Below the pieces are notes generated by a model, which saw only the letters and a program-made list of their open reading frames with translations, was not told the DNA's origin and made no database searches. 39,769 nucleotides of DNA from NCBI GenBank assembly GCA_043813605.1, contig JBDRKX010000112.1, positions 1-39,769 on the forward strand. Direction: 5' to 3'. The stretch comes from Elusimicrobiota bacterium. Its GTDB lineage: Bacteria > CG03 > SLGR01 > JBDRKX01. A program made the translations under genes and the position numbers. Positions 9,371 through 20,900 of this stretch are shown here, piece by piece. Positions within the stretch are counted from its first letter, which is position 1. The number at the start of each line of letters is the position of its first letter.

Positions 9371-9496
9371 ATTATAATTGATATAATATTTGACAATCAA
9401 CTTTTCATTTTGTATTAATATCTAATTGAACCGGAGATATGATAATCTGAGTGGAAACAGGGAATGCCTTTATTATAATAATAAAAAGGAAGTAAA

Positions 9497-10936
9497 ATGG
9501 CTGATTTTAATGAACAATTTGAAATAAGAAAGAAGAAACTGGAAAAACTGAAAGAAACCGGACTCGAACCGTATCCTACAAAATATGAAGGGGGAATTAC
9601 AGTGTCCGCCGCTGTGGATATGAATGAAGGAGAAACGGTGAGAGTAGCCGGCCGGCTGATGAGCAGGCGCATGATGGGAAAAGCGGCATTTGCTCATATA
9701 AAGGATTCTACGGGCCAGATACAGTTTTATCTGAAACTTGATAAAACCGGTACCGAGGTTTTTAAAATATTCAAAGACATGGATATCGGTGATTTTCTGG
9801 GAGTCGAAGGAGAAATCTTTATTACAAGGACAGGCGAGAAAACAGTATTAGCGGAAAACATGAATTTCCTGTCCAAAGCTTTAAGGCCTCTACCGGAGAA
9901 ATTCCATAAATTAAAAGATGTTGAAACGAGGTACAGAAAAAGATATCTGGATATCCTTGTAAATGAAGATTCCTCGAAGATACTGAAGGCGCGTGCTGTC
10001 GCACTCAGCAGGATAAGGGAACTGCTTACGAAGAAAAGATATATAGAAGTTGAAACACCTATACTCCAGGATATTCCCGGAGGAGCTGCTGCCAGGCCTT
10101 TCATTACTCATCACAATGTTTATGATGCCGAACTCAGTCTTCGTATAGCTCCTGAGCTTTACTTGAAGAGGCTTATTGTAGGAGGCTGGGACAGGGTATT
10201 CGAGATCGGCCGTAATTTCAGGAATGAAGGTGTTTCTACGCGGCATAATCCTGAATTCACGATGATAGAGATATACTGTGCCTATACGGATTACAAATAT
10301 ATGATGTCGCTGTCTAAGGAGCTGATAAGCGAAGTATGGGAAGAAGTGCGCCGTGCCGGGTATACACCGGTTATTGATTTTTCAAAAGGCTGGGAAGAAA
10401 GGAATATATGGGAACTTCTTTCACATTATTCAGGCAGCAGTATTTCCCCTGAGGATCCGATCGAAGTACTTAGAGAGAAAGCTCTTAAGCTTGATGTCCC
10501 TCCGGGAAAAGATTCTTCAGAGAAGATAGTTGACAGAATATTTTCAAAGTACGTGGAACCGCAACTGAAAGAAGCTACATTTGTAACCGGTTATCTGTCT
10601 GATAATTCACCGCTGGCAAAGAGGTCTCCTGACGATCTCAGGATAGCGGAAAGGTTTGAGATCTTTGCAGCCGGACAGGAAATAGGGAATGCATACAGCG
10701 AGCAGAACGATCCTATTATCCAGAGGAATATGTTCGAGATGCAGGTGGAAAATTATGATGATCCGGAACAGCCTAAAAAAGTTGATGAGGATTATCTCGA
10801 GGCACTTGAATACGGTATGCCGCCTGCATCGGGACTCGGTATCGGAATAGACCGGCTGCTAATGCTTATGACCGGTGCGGAATCAATCCGCGAAGTAATA
10901 CTGTTTCCGATGCTTAAACCTTTCAGCGAGGAGTAA
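9497..10936 (+). CDS. lysS: Lysine--tRNA ligase (class II)
   Basis: OB-fold VAGRLMSRRMMGKAAF; RPLPEKFH; GGAAARPFITHHN; LRIAPELYLKRL; FRNEG; YGMPPASGLGIGIDRL. Confidence 0.98.
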   Translation: MADFNEQFEIRKKKLEKLKETGLEPYPTKYEGGITVSAAVDMNEGETVRVAGRLMSRRMMGKAAFAHIKDSTGQIQFYLKLDKTGTEVFKIFKDMDIGDFLGVEGEIFITRTGEKTVLAENMNFLSKALRPLPEKFHKLKDVETRYRKRYLDILVNEDSSKILKARAVALSRIRELLTKKRYIEVETPILQDIPGGAAARPFITHHNVYDAELSLRIAPELYLKRLIVGGWDRVFEIGRNFRNEGVSTRHNPEFTMIEIYCAYTDYKYMMSLSKELISEVWEEVRRAGYTPVIDFSKGWEERNIWELLSHYSGSSISPEDPIEVLREKALKLDVPPGKDSSEKIVDRIFSKYVEPQLKEATFVTGYLSDNSPLAKRSPDDLRIAERFEIFAAGQEIGNAYSEQNDPIIQRNMFEMQVENYDDPEQPKKVDEDYLEALEYGMPPASGLGIGIDRLLMLMTGAESIREVILFPMLKPFSEE

Positions 10937-10938
10937 AA

Positions 10939-12135
10939 ATGTTATTCAGCCTGCGGATGGCCTGGGCATATTTCAGGAAAACATGGGCCCGTGGCATATG
11001 GGGAGTGATGATGATCATTTCCATAACCGGTATCGCTATCGGTGTTGCTTCGCTAGTCGTTACTCTGTCTGTTATGAACGGATTTCATACGGAGATCACT
11101 TCCAAATTGCTTTCACTTAACCCGCATATTCTTGTAATGAATCCATTCATGGGGATCGATATTGCCGATAACCTTGATGATGAATTGAAGATGATCGGTA
11201 TCCTGGAGAATTATACGCCGTTTGTATACGGAAAAGGCTTGCTTCATCACTCCGGCAGAAGCCAGGGCGTTGTCGTGAAGGGTGTTAATGCCGACCGCAG
11301 ACAGCCGGAACTCTCTGAAGGTAAATGGCATGAACTCGTCAATGACGGTGTCATTATGGGCCGGGAATTAGCTAACATACTGGGACTTGAATACGGAGAT
11401 GATGTTTATCTTATTATTCCTAAAATCGAGCAGATAGGAGCGCCCGTGATACCCAGAGTGGAGAAGTTCAAAGTAGCCGGTATTTTTGATTCCGGGATCT
11501 ACGAGTATGATTCAACGCTGGCATATATAGCCATTGATACTGCAGAAAGTATATTTTCGGATGGTTCTGCTGCTTCCGGGGTGGAGCTTTATCTGGAAGA
11601 TCCTTTTAAGGCGGAGATAATAGCCTCGCAAATGAGAGAACGGCTTTCCGGCAGATACTTTAACATACAGACATGGAAGGATAGGAATTATAATCTATTT
11701 GCAGCATTGAAACTGGAAAAGACGATGATGTTCATAGTCTTGATAATGATAGTCCTTGTAGCTACATTTAATATCGCGGGCACACTGATACTTATATCGG
11801 TTACGAAATCAAAGGATTGCGGGGTCATGAGGGCTCTGGGCGCGACAAAACGTCAAATACGTTATATGTTTCATTTTAAAGGATTGATTCTAGGATTTAC
11901 CGGTACCCTGGTCGGTACTGCCTGCGGACTGGCTATTGCCGCAGTATTGAAACGGTACAGCTTTATCCAGCTGCCGCCTAAGGTCTATCTTATATCAACT
12001 CTCCCGGTAAAAGTGAATCCTGCCGATATTTTTCTTATAATGGTAACTGCAATAATAATAAGCCTGATCGCTACGATATATCCATCGTACAGGGCCGGAA
12101 AACTCGAAGTGGCACAGGAATTGAGGAATGAGTAG
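10939..12135 (+). CDS. Lipoprotein-releasing ABC transporter permease LolC/E family (single copy)
   Basis: GIAIGVASLVVTLSVMNGF; FDSGIYEYD; WKDRNYNLFAALKLEK; VYLISTLPV; 4 TM segments; directly upstream of lolD. Confidence 0.92.
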   Translation: MLFSLRMAWAYFRKTWARGIWGVMMIISITGIAIGVASLVVTLSVMNGFHTEITSKLLSLNPHILVMNPFMGIDIADNLDDELKMIGILENYTPFVYGKGLLHHSGRSQGVVVKGVNADRRQPELSEGKWHELVNDGVIMGRELANILGLEYGDDVYLIIPKIEQIGAPVIPRVEKFKVAGIFDSGIYEYDSTLAYIAIDTAESIFSDGSAASGVELYLEDPFKAEIIASQMRERLSGRYFNIQTWKDRNYNLFAALKLEKTMMFIVLIMIVLVATFNIAGTLILISVTKSKDCGVMRALGATKRQIRYMFHFKGLILGFTGTLVGTACGLAIAAVLKRYSFIQLPPKVYLISTLPVKVNPADIFLIMVTAIIISLIATIYPSYRAGKLEVAQELRNE

Positions 12136-12814
12136 CAGTACAAAATCCATAGATCTTGATAACGTAATAAAAAGTTTCCGGGAGGGCGCCCAGGAAGTGT
12201 CAGTCTTGAAAAATATCAATCTAAAATGTTATCATGGGAAATGGTATACCATATACGGTGCTTCGGGAAGCGGTAAGACGACGCTTTTGAATATCGCGGG
12301 GGGGTTAGAAAGGCCCGATGGCGGGCGGGTGAATTACGCCGGAACGGATGTTTATGGTATGTCCGATTCGCTATTGAGCCAGTGGCGGAATTCGAAGATA
12401 GGGTTTGTTTTCCAGTTTTTTCACCTTATTCCGGAACTAAACGTGTTAAACAACATACAGTTGCCGCTGAAAATAAACCGCATAAGAATGGATAAATCAT
12501 GGTTCTCAAAAGTGATCAATATGCTGAATATTGACAATCTGCTCGACCGGAAACCATATACGCTCAGTGGCGGAGAGAAACAGCGTGTTGCAATGGCGCG
12601 TGCTGTAATAAACAGGCCGGATTTTGTTATTGCTGATGAGCCGACGGGAAATCTGGATTCGGATAATAGTATGCGGGTTATTGAATTGCTGCTTGGGTTG
12701 AAGGACGAAAGCGGGATAGGCATTATAATGGCTACGCATGAAAAGGATCTGATGGATGTGGGAGAAGAGCGCCTAAGGCTGAAAGACGGTACGATAGTAT
12801 TGAATGCGGAATAA
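12128..12814 (+). CDS. lolD: Lipoprotein-releasing ABC transporter ATP-binding protein
   Basis: Walker A GASGSGKT; IGFVFQFFHLIPE; LSGGEKQRVA; ADEPTGNLD. Confidence 0.9.
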   Translation: MSSSTKSIDLDNVIKSFREGAQEVSVLKNINLKCYHGKWYTIYGASGSGKTTLLNIAGGLERPDGGRVNYAGTDVYGMSDSLLSQWRNSKIGFVFQFFHLIPELNVLNNIQLPLKINRIRMDKSWFSKVINMLNIDNLLDRKPYTLSGGEKQRVAMARAVINRPDFVIADEPTGNLDSDNSMRVIELLLGLKDESGIGIIMATHEKDLMDVGEERLRLKDGTIVLNAE

Positions 12815-12867
12815 GTTTTTTATATGAAAATGGAAAAAGAATCCTTAATACGGAAGGAGAATCGTTA

Positions 12868-13746
12868 ATGAGTAAATTTGTTTATGTGAATGGAGAGCAT
12901 CTGAAGCAGGAAGATGCGTGTATATCTGTTTTTGACCATGGTCTCCTCTACGGTGACGGAGTTTTCGAGGGGATAAGGGCATATGACGGAAATATCTTTA
13001 AATTGACAGAGCATCTTGAGAGACTGTATAGATCAGCTAAAGTAATAAATCTGAGAATCCCCCTTGAGATAGGAGCGTTGGAAAAAGCAGTGATTGATAT
13101 TATGAAAGCCAATGGATTGCGTGATGCGTATATCCGGCTTATTGTAACAAGGGGAGTGGGTGATCTCGGTCTCAGCCCCGATAAATGTTCGGCGCCGACA
13201 ATAATCATAATCGCGGATAAGATAACCCTCTACCCGGAAGTGTTCTATGAACAGGGGCTGAAGATCATCACGGCTTCCACAAGACGCAACATACCGGAAG
13301 CGCTTAATCCCAGGATAAAATCATTAAATTATCTCAATAACATAATGGCAAAGATAGAAGCTAATAATGCCGGTGTCCCTGAAGCGCTTATGCTGACACG
13401 GGATGGTTACGTTGCTGAATGCTCGGGAGATAATATATTCATTATATCCAGGAGAGATGTAATATTCACACCTCCTCCTTATCTGGGCACGCTTACCGGT
13501 ATCACCAGAGAGACGATTATTGATATTTCAGTCGATATGGGTTTTGAAGTAAAAGAATCTCCGTTTACAATGTTTGAAGTATACAATTCAAAAGAATGTT
13601 TCCTGACCGGAACAGCGGCGGAAGTCGTTCCGGTGATCGATTGTGACGGGAGACCTATAGGAGACGGGCACCCGGGACAAACGACAAAGGAACTTATTAA
13701 GAAGTTCAGAGAAATAGTAAGAATTGAAGGGACCAGAATAGAATGA
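12868..13746 (+). CDS. ilvE: Branched-chain amino acid aminotransferase (PLP class IV)
   Basis: DHGLLYGDGVFEGIRAY; KSLNYLNN (PLP lysine); ECFLTGTAAEVVPV; SD AAGGAG upstream. Confidence 0.95.
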   Translation: MSKFVYVNGEHLKQEDACISVFDHGLLYGDGVFEGIRAYDGNIFKLTEHLERLYRSAKVINLRIPLEIGALEKAVIDIMKANGLRDAYIRLIVTRGVGDLGLSPDKCSAPTIIIIADKITLYPEVFYEQGLKIITASTRRNIPEALNPRIKSLNYLNNIMAKIEANNAGVPEALMLTRDGYVAECSGDNIFIISRRDVIFTPPPYLGTLTGITRETIIDISVDMGFEVKESPFTMFEVYNSKECFLTGTAAEVVPVIDCDGRPIGDGHPGQTTKELIKKFREIVRIEGTRIE

Positions 13747-13764
13747 ATCAGGAGGCTTAAGGAT

Positions 13765-14265
13765 ATGCTCTGTGACCAGTGTCATAAGAGAGAAGCAAAG
13801 ATATTTGTTAAAAAAGAAGAAAGCGGCAATACTGTAGAATACAATATTTGCGAGATATGTGCTGTCCAGACAGTAGGCAGAGTATTTGATCTTTCTGCGA
13901 TCAAGGATGATCTTTTCAGCGGATTATCTGATATGCTCGCCGGGTTCAGTGATATCGAAAACGGCACTGAGAAAAAAATGCAGTGTACACTATGCGGATT
14001 CAGGTTCGCCGATTTTCAGAATACCGGGAAATTGGGCTGCGAGGGGTGCTATACAGAGTTTGAAGAAGAGCTGCTGCCGCTCATGAAGAGGCTGCAGGGT
14101 TCGACTCAGCATGCAGGAAAGGGCATTAAAGGACTTGAGGCAATGCTTGAGATAGAAAAACTTAAGACTGAACTTCAGGCGGCAGTAGAAATGGAAGAAT
14201 ATGAGAGAGCTGCAGTTCTAAGGGACAAGATCAGGGAAACGAGTTCTAAGAAAAAAGAGTTATGA
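13765..14265 (+). CDS. mcsA: Protein-arginine kinase activator McsA (four CxxC + UVR domain)
   Basis: CDQC, CEIC, CTLC, GKLGCEGCY; C-terminal EEYERAAVLRDKIR; SD AGGAGG; upstream of mcsB. Confidence 0.93.
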   Translation: MLCDQCHKREAKIFVKKEESGNTVEYNICEICAVQTVGRVFDLSAIKDDLFSGLSDMLAGFSDIENGTEKKMQCTLCGFRFADFQNTGKLGCEGCYTEFEEELLPLMKRLQGSTQHAGKGIKGLEAMLEIEKLKTELQAAVEMEEYERAAVLRDKIRETSSKKKEL

Positions 14266-15308
14266 AACTCAGTCATCTGGCAACAAGTGATGTGAGCTGG
14301 CTGCATGATAAGACACTGGATCACAATTGCGTGATCTCAACCAGGATACGGCTTGCCAGGAACCTGAAAGGCTGTCCTTTTCCTTCATCTGCCGCTCCGG
14401 AACAGCTAAGAGAATACATAGATAAGGTATTCACAGCCTGTAAAAAGAGTTCATTTCTGAAGAATGCTGATATCATGATATTAGATGAACTTTCGGAAAT
14501 TGACCGCCGGATGCTTCTGGAAAGGCATATTATAAGTTGCGAACATGCGTTTTCATCATCGAACGCCGGAGTGATCATTGATAATGGAGAGAAGCTCAGC
14601 ATAATGGTAAACGAGGAAGACGTATTGAGGATCCAGTATATATCAGGCGGTTTAAATCTTTTTGAAGCGTGGGATGTCATAAACAGCGTGGATAACGAAC
14701 TCTCTGAATATCTTGATTTTGCCTATTCTGACAGGTGGGGTTATCTTACGGCATGCCCGACCAATACAGGGACAGGGATGAGAGCTTCCTGCCAGATGCA
14801 TCTTGCCGGGTTAGGTATGATAAACGGTCTTAAAAGAACTATGGAGAATGTCGGCAGGATGGGGATGGTTGTCCGTGGATTATATGGTGAAGGAACGAAG
14901 ATCATGGGCAATATGCTGCAGGTTTCCAACCAGGTTACTCTGGGAATATCTGAAGCTAGGATTACAGACAATCTGAACCGGCTTGTTGTGCAGGTTGCCG
15001 AAAGAGAGGAAAAGACAAGGTCTGATATCCTCGAAAAAAACAATGATATGCTGCGTGATACAGTTCTGAGATCACATGGTATACTTTTAAACGCATACAA
15101 GATAAGTTTTGAAGAAGCGCTGGATCTTATTTCGAATGTGAGGTTAGGCGTTTATGCAGGCATTATCGTTCTTGATATAGCAAGCCTGAATGACTTGATG
15201 ATAAAGATGCAGCCGGCTCATATTCAGGAAATTAAGAATATCGACATGACTGCGCTTGAAAGGGATAAAGCCCGCGCGCAGATGATAAAAGACATTATAG
15301 GAAAATAG
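14262..15308 (+). CDS. mcsB: Protein arginine kinase McsB
   Basis: ISTRIRLARNL; MVNEED; GYLTACPTNTGTGMRAS; VRGLYGEG; SNQVTLG; QPAHIQ. Confidence 0.96.
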   Translation: MKLSHLATSDVSWLHDKTLDHNCVISTRIRLARNLKGCPFPSSAAPEQLREYIDKVFTACKKSSFLKNADIMILDELSEIDRRMLLERHIISCEHAFSSSNAGVIIDNGEKLSIMVNEEDVLRIQYISGGLNLFEAWDVINSVDNELSEYLDFAYSDRWGYLTACPTNTGTGMRASCQMHLAGLGMINGLKRTMENVGRMGMVVRGLYGEGTKIMGNMLQVSNQVTLGISEARITDNLNRLVVQVAEREEKTRSDILEKNNDMLRDTVLRSHGILLNAYKISFEEALDLISNVRLGVYAGIIVLDIASLNDLMIKMQPAHIQEIKNIDMTALERDKARAQMIKDIIGK

Positions 15309-15353
15309 TGAAAAAAGCGGAATTAACAATATCCAGGATATTATGGAGGGAAT

Positions 15354-17792
15354 ATGTTCAATAAATTTACAAAAAGAGCTCAAAAAGTGATAATTCTTTC
15401 TCAGGAAGAAGCTAAAAAACTCAATCATGATTATGTAGGTACGGAGCATATACTGCTCGGAATTCTTTCTCTTGATGAGGGGGTAGCGGCAGAAGCATTC
15501 AAGGTCATAGGGGTGGAAAGAAAAAAGCTCAGACAGCAAGTGATCAATATGGTAGGGGAAGGTGATAATGTTCTTCTTTCAGGTGACAGGCCGATGACTC
15601 CGAGGGCGAAGAGGGTACTTTCTTTTTCAGTACAGGAAGCGCAGGAATTAGGACATAATTTCGTAGGTACGGAGCATATATTGCTTGGATTGATAAAGGA
15701 AGAAGATGGACTGGCCAGCCAGATACTCATGAACGCAGGACTTACACAGGAAAAGATATACGAAACAGTAATGAACCTGCTGGGAGAAAGCGCCTTTCAG
15801 CAGGAAGAAGGAGCCGGGGGAATAAAGAAGTCTTCCAAAACACCGACGCTTGATACCTACGGCAGAGATCTTACAGAACTGGCGAAAAAGGGCGCTTTGG
15901 ATCCTGTAATAGGAAGAGAAGTTGAAATACAGAGGGTAGTACAGATACTGACGAGGAGGACAAAGAATAATCCTATCCTGGTCGGTGATGCGGGGGTGGG
16001 GAAGACAGCAATCGTAGAAGGGCTTGCTCAGCAGATCGCGGATAATGAGATCCCCGAAATACTCATGAACAAAAAGGTCGTGACACTTGATCTGGCAGCG
16101 ATGATAGCAGGTACTAAATACCGGGGAGAATTTGAGCAAAGGCTCAAGAAAGCTATGAATGAAATAGTAAAATCCGAAGGAAAGATAATCCTGTTCATAG
16201 ATGAACTGCATACTGTGATAGGTGCAGGGGCAGCTGAAGGAGCTATGGATGCTTCAAACATCCTCAAACCGTCTCTTTCGCGGGGCGAATTACAATGTAT
16301 AGGGGCAACGACTCTTGATGAATACCGGAAACATATAGAAAAAGACGCGGCTTTATCAAGAAGATTTCAGCAGGTGGTCGTTGATCCTCCTTCAGTAGAT
16401 GAGACAATATTGATATTGAAAGGATTAAGAGACCGTTATGAGATGCACCACGGCGTTAAATATTCGGAAGAGGCGATTATATCATCCGCAATGCTTTCAC
16501 AGCGGTTTATAACGGACAGGTTTCTTCCTGACAAAGCTATAGATGTAATTGATGAAGCGGGTTCGCGTTCAAGACTCAGGGCTACTATGCTTCCAGAGAA
16601 TATAAAGAAGATGGAAAATGAGAAAGTAACTGTTACCAAGGAAAAAAAAGCTTCCATAGCGGCTCAGGAATTTGAAAAAGCAGCTGATCTCAGAGATAAT
16701 GAAAAGAAGCTCGAGCAGCAGATAAAGTCCGAAAAACTCAAGTGGGAAAGCAAGATGCAGAAAGATTGTTATGTCATAAGTGCGGAAGATGTAGCAGATA
16801 TTATATCTGACTGGACAGGTATTCCGGTGAGTAAGATGACTGAGAAAGAATCAGAGAGACTTCTTAATATGGAAAATGAACTGCATAAGAAGATCGTTGG
16901 ACAGGATGAGGCAGTAACGCGAATATCGCAGGCTATACGCAGGTCGAGGACCGGATTGAAAGATACGAGAAGGCCTATAGGATCATTTATCTTTCTAGGC
17001 CCGACGGGTGTCGGGAAAACAGAACTGGCGCATACATTGGCTGAATATATGTTCGGGGATAAGGACGCTCTTATCAGGGTAGATATGAGCGAGTTTATGG
17101 AAAAATTCAGCGTCTCACGCCTTATAGGTGCGCCTCCGGGATATGTCGGTTATGACGAAGGCGGTACGTTAACAGAAGCTGTACGCAGAAAACCGTATTC
17201 CGTGGTTCTCCTGGACGAAATTGAGAAAGCTCATCCGGAGGTTTTTAATATACTGCTTCAGATCTTCGATAACGGAACCATTACCGACAATCTGGGTCAC
17301 AAAGTTCATTTCCGCAACAGCGTAATAATCATGACATCCAATCTAGGCGCAAGAGAACTGAAAAGTTCCGGGATGGGGTTTCAGAAAGGAGGGCAGGCCG
17401 AGGTCGAATATGATCAGATACGGGACAAGGTCCTGGAAGAGACAAAAAAAACGTTCCGGCCGGAATTCCTTAACAGGCTTGATGAGATAATCGTATTCCA
17501 CCCTCTTAGCAGGGAGAATATAATCGAGATCGTCGGGATTCTTACCGGGGAACTGGAAAAGAGGCTTTTACAGCAGAAGATCAAACTGGAGATATCCGAT
17601 GCTGTAAAAGAGTTTATTGCGGAGCAGGGTTATAATCCTGAATACGGAGCCAGGCCGCTCCAGAGGACAATAAGAAAGTATCTTGAAGACCCGCTGTCCG
17701 AGGAGATGCTCAGGCAGGAGATAGACCCGCCTGTCGAACTGCTTGCAGATATTAAGGATACCAAAATAGTTTTTAAAAAAAAGCTGATATAA
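15354..17792 (+). CDS. clpC: ATP-dependent Clp protease ATP-binding subunit ClpC
   Basis: Two Clp-N repeats; GDAGVGKT and GPTGVGKT Walker A motifs; UVR-type M domain; MGF ClpP-docking loop; YGARPL. Confidence 0.97.
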   Translation: MFNKFTKRAQKVIILSQEEAKKLNHDYVGTEHILLGILSLDEGVAAEAFKVIGVERKKLRQQVINMVGEGDNVLLSGDRPMTPRAKRVLSFSVQEAQELGHNFVGTEHILLGLIKEEDGLASQILMNAGLTQEKIYETVMNLLGESAFQQEEGAGGIKKSSKTPTLDTYGRDLTELAKKGALDPVIGREVEIQRVVQILTRRTKNNPILVGDAGVGKTAIVEGLAQQIADNEIPEILMNKKVVTLDLAAMIAGTKYRGEFEQRLKKAMNEIVKSEGKIILFIDELHTVIGAGAAEGAMDASNILKPSLSRGELQCIGATTLDEYRKHIEKDAALSRRFQQVVVDPPSVDETILILKGLRDRYEMHHGVKYSEEAIISSAMLSQRFITDRFLPDKAIDVIDEAGSRSRLRATMLPENIKKMENEKVTVTKEKKASIAAQEFEKAADLRDNEKKLEQQIKSEKLKWESKMQKDCYVISAEDVADIISDWTGIPVSKMTEKESERLLNMENELHKKIVGQDEAVTRISQAIRRSRTGLKDTRRPIGSFIFLGPTGVGKTELAHTLAEYMFGDKDALIRVDMSEFMEKFSVSRLIGAPPGYVGYDEGGTLTEAVRRKPYSVVLLDEIEKAHPEVFNILLQIFDNGTITDNLGHKVHFRNSVIIMTSNLGARELKSSGMGFQKGGQAEVEYDQIRDKVLEETKKTFRPEFLNRLDEIIVFHPLSRENIIEIVGILTGELEKRLLQQKIKLEISDAVKEFIAEQGYNPEYGARPLQRTIRKYLEDPLSEEMLRQEIDPPVELLADIKDTKIVFKKKLI

Positions 17793-17905
17793 TAGCATGA
17801 AAGATACGGGTAAGATCCGCTATTACCATACAGATTGTCACTTTGCCTCCGAAAAAACACTTCTATGTGATTGTATCATAATACCGAAGTCGTAATAACC
17901 GATCA

Positions 17906-20900
17906 ATGAAAAAGATACTCCTGTCGCTATTGTTTGCCGCAGTAATTATCATACTCGTCTTTTTATATATAAAAAGCCAGAAGTTCAACAGGCATCTTAA
18001 AGTACTGGTAATATCCGCTGTTTCCGGCTATGTGGGCAGCGATATCAAGATAGACAGGATAAGGACCGATATCCTGAGCAGTATAGTCCTGACTGGAGTT
18101 GCTGTTTATTCCCCTGATGGTAATCCGGTACTGGAGATCGACAAGGTCATAGTCAACTATTCACTGTGGAAGATGCTGAGAAGGGCGGGCAGTCTGCTCA
18201 ATATGATAACCGGCGTTTCATTATACGGTCCTGATCTGGAACTTGTGTACTCGGAAGGGTCTTTTATTGTAAAGGGATTGGAAAAAGTATTTTCAAAGAC
18301 AGATGGTGAAACAAAAAGAATATTCCCTCCATGGAAAATAAAGGTGCGGAAAGGGAATATCCTGGTTACACTGGATAAAGAGCGGTCTGTTGATATAACA
18401 CGGTTCGACGCTGCTTTCCTGCTCGGAGGGTATCCTGAAATAAACATAAATTCGTCTTTCAGCGCGGGGGGATTTGCCGATAGAGTCAGCATAAACGGCG
18501 CGCTGCATCTTATAAAGGAAGACTTCAGGGTAACGATAGAAGCGTCTGATGTGGATCTTAAACAGCTTGGGAAAGAGATCATTCCCGGTAAAGTAGATGA
18601 ATTGAAGTCGGGTATGATGGACTTTAAACTGCGATGTGAAGGTAATATTAACAGTATCATGTCAGATCTTCGTACAATAAAGACAAGCGGCGAAATATCA
18701 TTGGAAGAAGTGGAGGTTCTGGATTTTAAAATACTATCTGCCAGATTTAATGTTCTCCCGGTCCGGTTGAAATTAGATCAGGGTGTCTTTAGATGGAAAG
18801 ACAACCCGCTGGATATCAGCGGTACAGTAAGCGATTATCTCCATAAACCCGAACTGATGCTGAAAGCCTCGGGTCTGATAAAGGCACAAGAATTGCTTGA
18901 AGGATCTCCCCTGAAAGAGGTGAAAGGAGAATTTAAGATAGAATCGGAAATAGACGGGATGCTCGATGATCTGATTATTAAAGGCACCCTCCATATGGAT
19001 AAGGGTCAGGTAGCGGGTATAGATATTATTGAATTTAAATCAGCACTGAATTACAGCCGTGAAGGTTTGAAATTAGGTAATGGTTCAGCTGATATCGCAG
19101 GAGGTAAAGCTATCTGGGAAGGTGAATGGTCTCCTGTGGGAAAAATAGACATAGGGCTCTCTGCCGAGAATATCAATATTGCGAAAATCATCAATTATGA
19201 AAAGATCTCAGGTAGTTTTGGCGGGGAGATAAAAATAAGCGGCAATACGTACAATCCCGTTATAAACAGTAATGTTACCATGGAAAACCTTGTGCTTGCC
19301 GGAAGAAAATTTGAACATCTTACCTTAAAATCAGGTTATAAGGAGAACAGGATCTCATTGAACGGTTTTACAATAAACGGGGATTATAATATTTTGGCGG
19401 AATTGGAACTGGGTTCCCGGGACAAGAAGGATATAAATATCAGAAAACTGGATATTAGCGGCCCTGAAGGGGAAATAATAAATGTAACCGGCGGATTGGG
19501 TATATCGCCTTTCAGGTTCAAGATCCTGGTTGACGGGCATAAAGTCAATACGAATGACATCCCGATGGCAAAAATACTGTACGAGGATATTAAAGGAAGC
19601 TTGGATATCAAGGGTACTGTGGAATACAGTATCGGCAATATCAGCCTGGACACACAGATTCAGACGGCGGAATTGAGTATCCGCGATAAAAAATATTTCC
19701 TTGCATGCAGGCTGGATCTTTTTTTTGGGACTGCAGTGAAAAAAGTAAAACTGACTGACATCAACCTTAATAATTATTTGAGCGGTTTTGCGGCATTCGA
19801 AAAGGGAACCGGAGGATTCATTATTCAAAGTTCCGAGATCAGGCTGAATAACGCGGATATCAGGGAGCTCATTGCGCTTTCGAATAAAGGAATCGGTATA
19901 GAACATGGATCTGCTGACGGGTTTTTTAATGTTTCAGAAAACAAAGGGACCGGCGAACTGAAGATCAGCGGATTGAAGGCGGCCGGTATGGATATCGGAG
20001 ATACTGATATAAAATTCGATTATTCTCCCAGTAATATCGTAATAGACCAGATGCGTACGGTGAAAAAAGAAGGCTATTTTATTGTTTCAGGTACTGTTTA
20101 CCCGGCGCATAATATAGAAATGGCTTTTTCAGATTATGAAATGAACAACAGGATAATAGACGGATCTTTAAAATACAGCGGTTCCAGCGATAAGCCCGGT
20201 TCTTTCGGTATAAAGATCGACGGTAAGATGATGCTGAACAAAACAGAATGGCCTGAGTTTTCCCTGGCAGGTTCGTATGAAGAAAAAAAGCTGAAGCTGC
20301 GGCTTGATACGGACGGAACTATAAAAGGAGATTCAGTTGTCGTGTTCAAGGATAAGGTTTCTGTGGAAAGTGATATATGGCTCAAAAAGTTTCAACTTCC
20401 GAAATTGCTTGATGCCGCGGGCGTATCAATCAATACAGAAGGCATGGTCTCAGGTGCGCTTAAAATAATGGGCGCAGGTGCTGAACCTCTCATATATTTC
20501 AAAGGCAACATGGAGAACGGTAACTGGAGAAATATTCTTTATGCTGCCGAGCTGTCGGCGGAATACCAGAACAGCGGTTTCAGGATCGGGTATCTGGAAG
20601 GCAAAGCGGCAGGCGGTACTGTCAAGATAAAAGGTACCGGCAATAATGAGGAAGGGCTGAAAATGAGCTGCAGTGTGGAACAGGTAGAGCTTGCCGAGCT
20701 TGCCGGCCTTATCGATACGATCGATAAAATAAGCGGGAAGGCTGATGCTCTGATTTCTGTCTCCGGATTATTGACGAAACCGGATTTTGACATAGACTTG
20801 ACCGCAAAAGGACTGAATATAGGGGACATGCAGTTTGATTCAGTCAGATCTAAACTATCCTTATCCGGAAAAGAGATAGATATTGATGAAATCGAAACGG

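Noticed and set aside
9371..9496. T-box or lysine riboswitch upstream of lysS
   Set aside because: Only 126 bp, AT-rich, with no T-box motif or terminator. A TTGACA at 9390 has only a weak -10 partner, so it was not called.
15435..15680. Identical 18-mer GTAGGTACGGAGCATATA at 15435 and 15663
   Set aside because: Explained by the two ordinary Clp-N repeats (VGTEHI) of ClpC.
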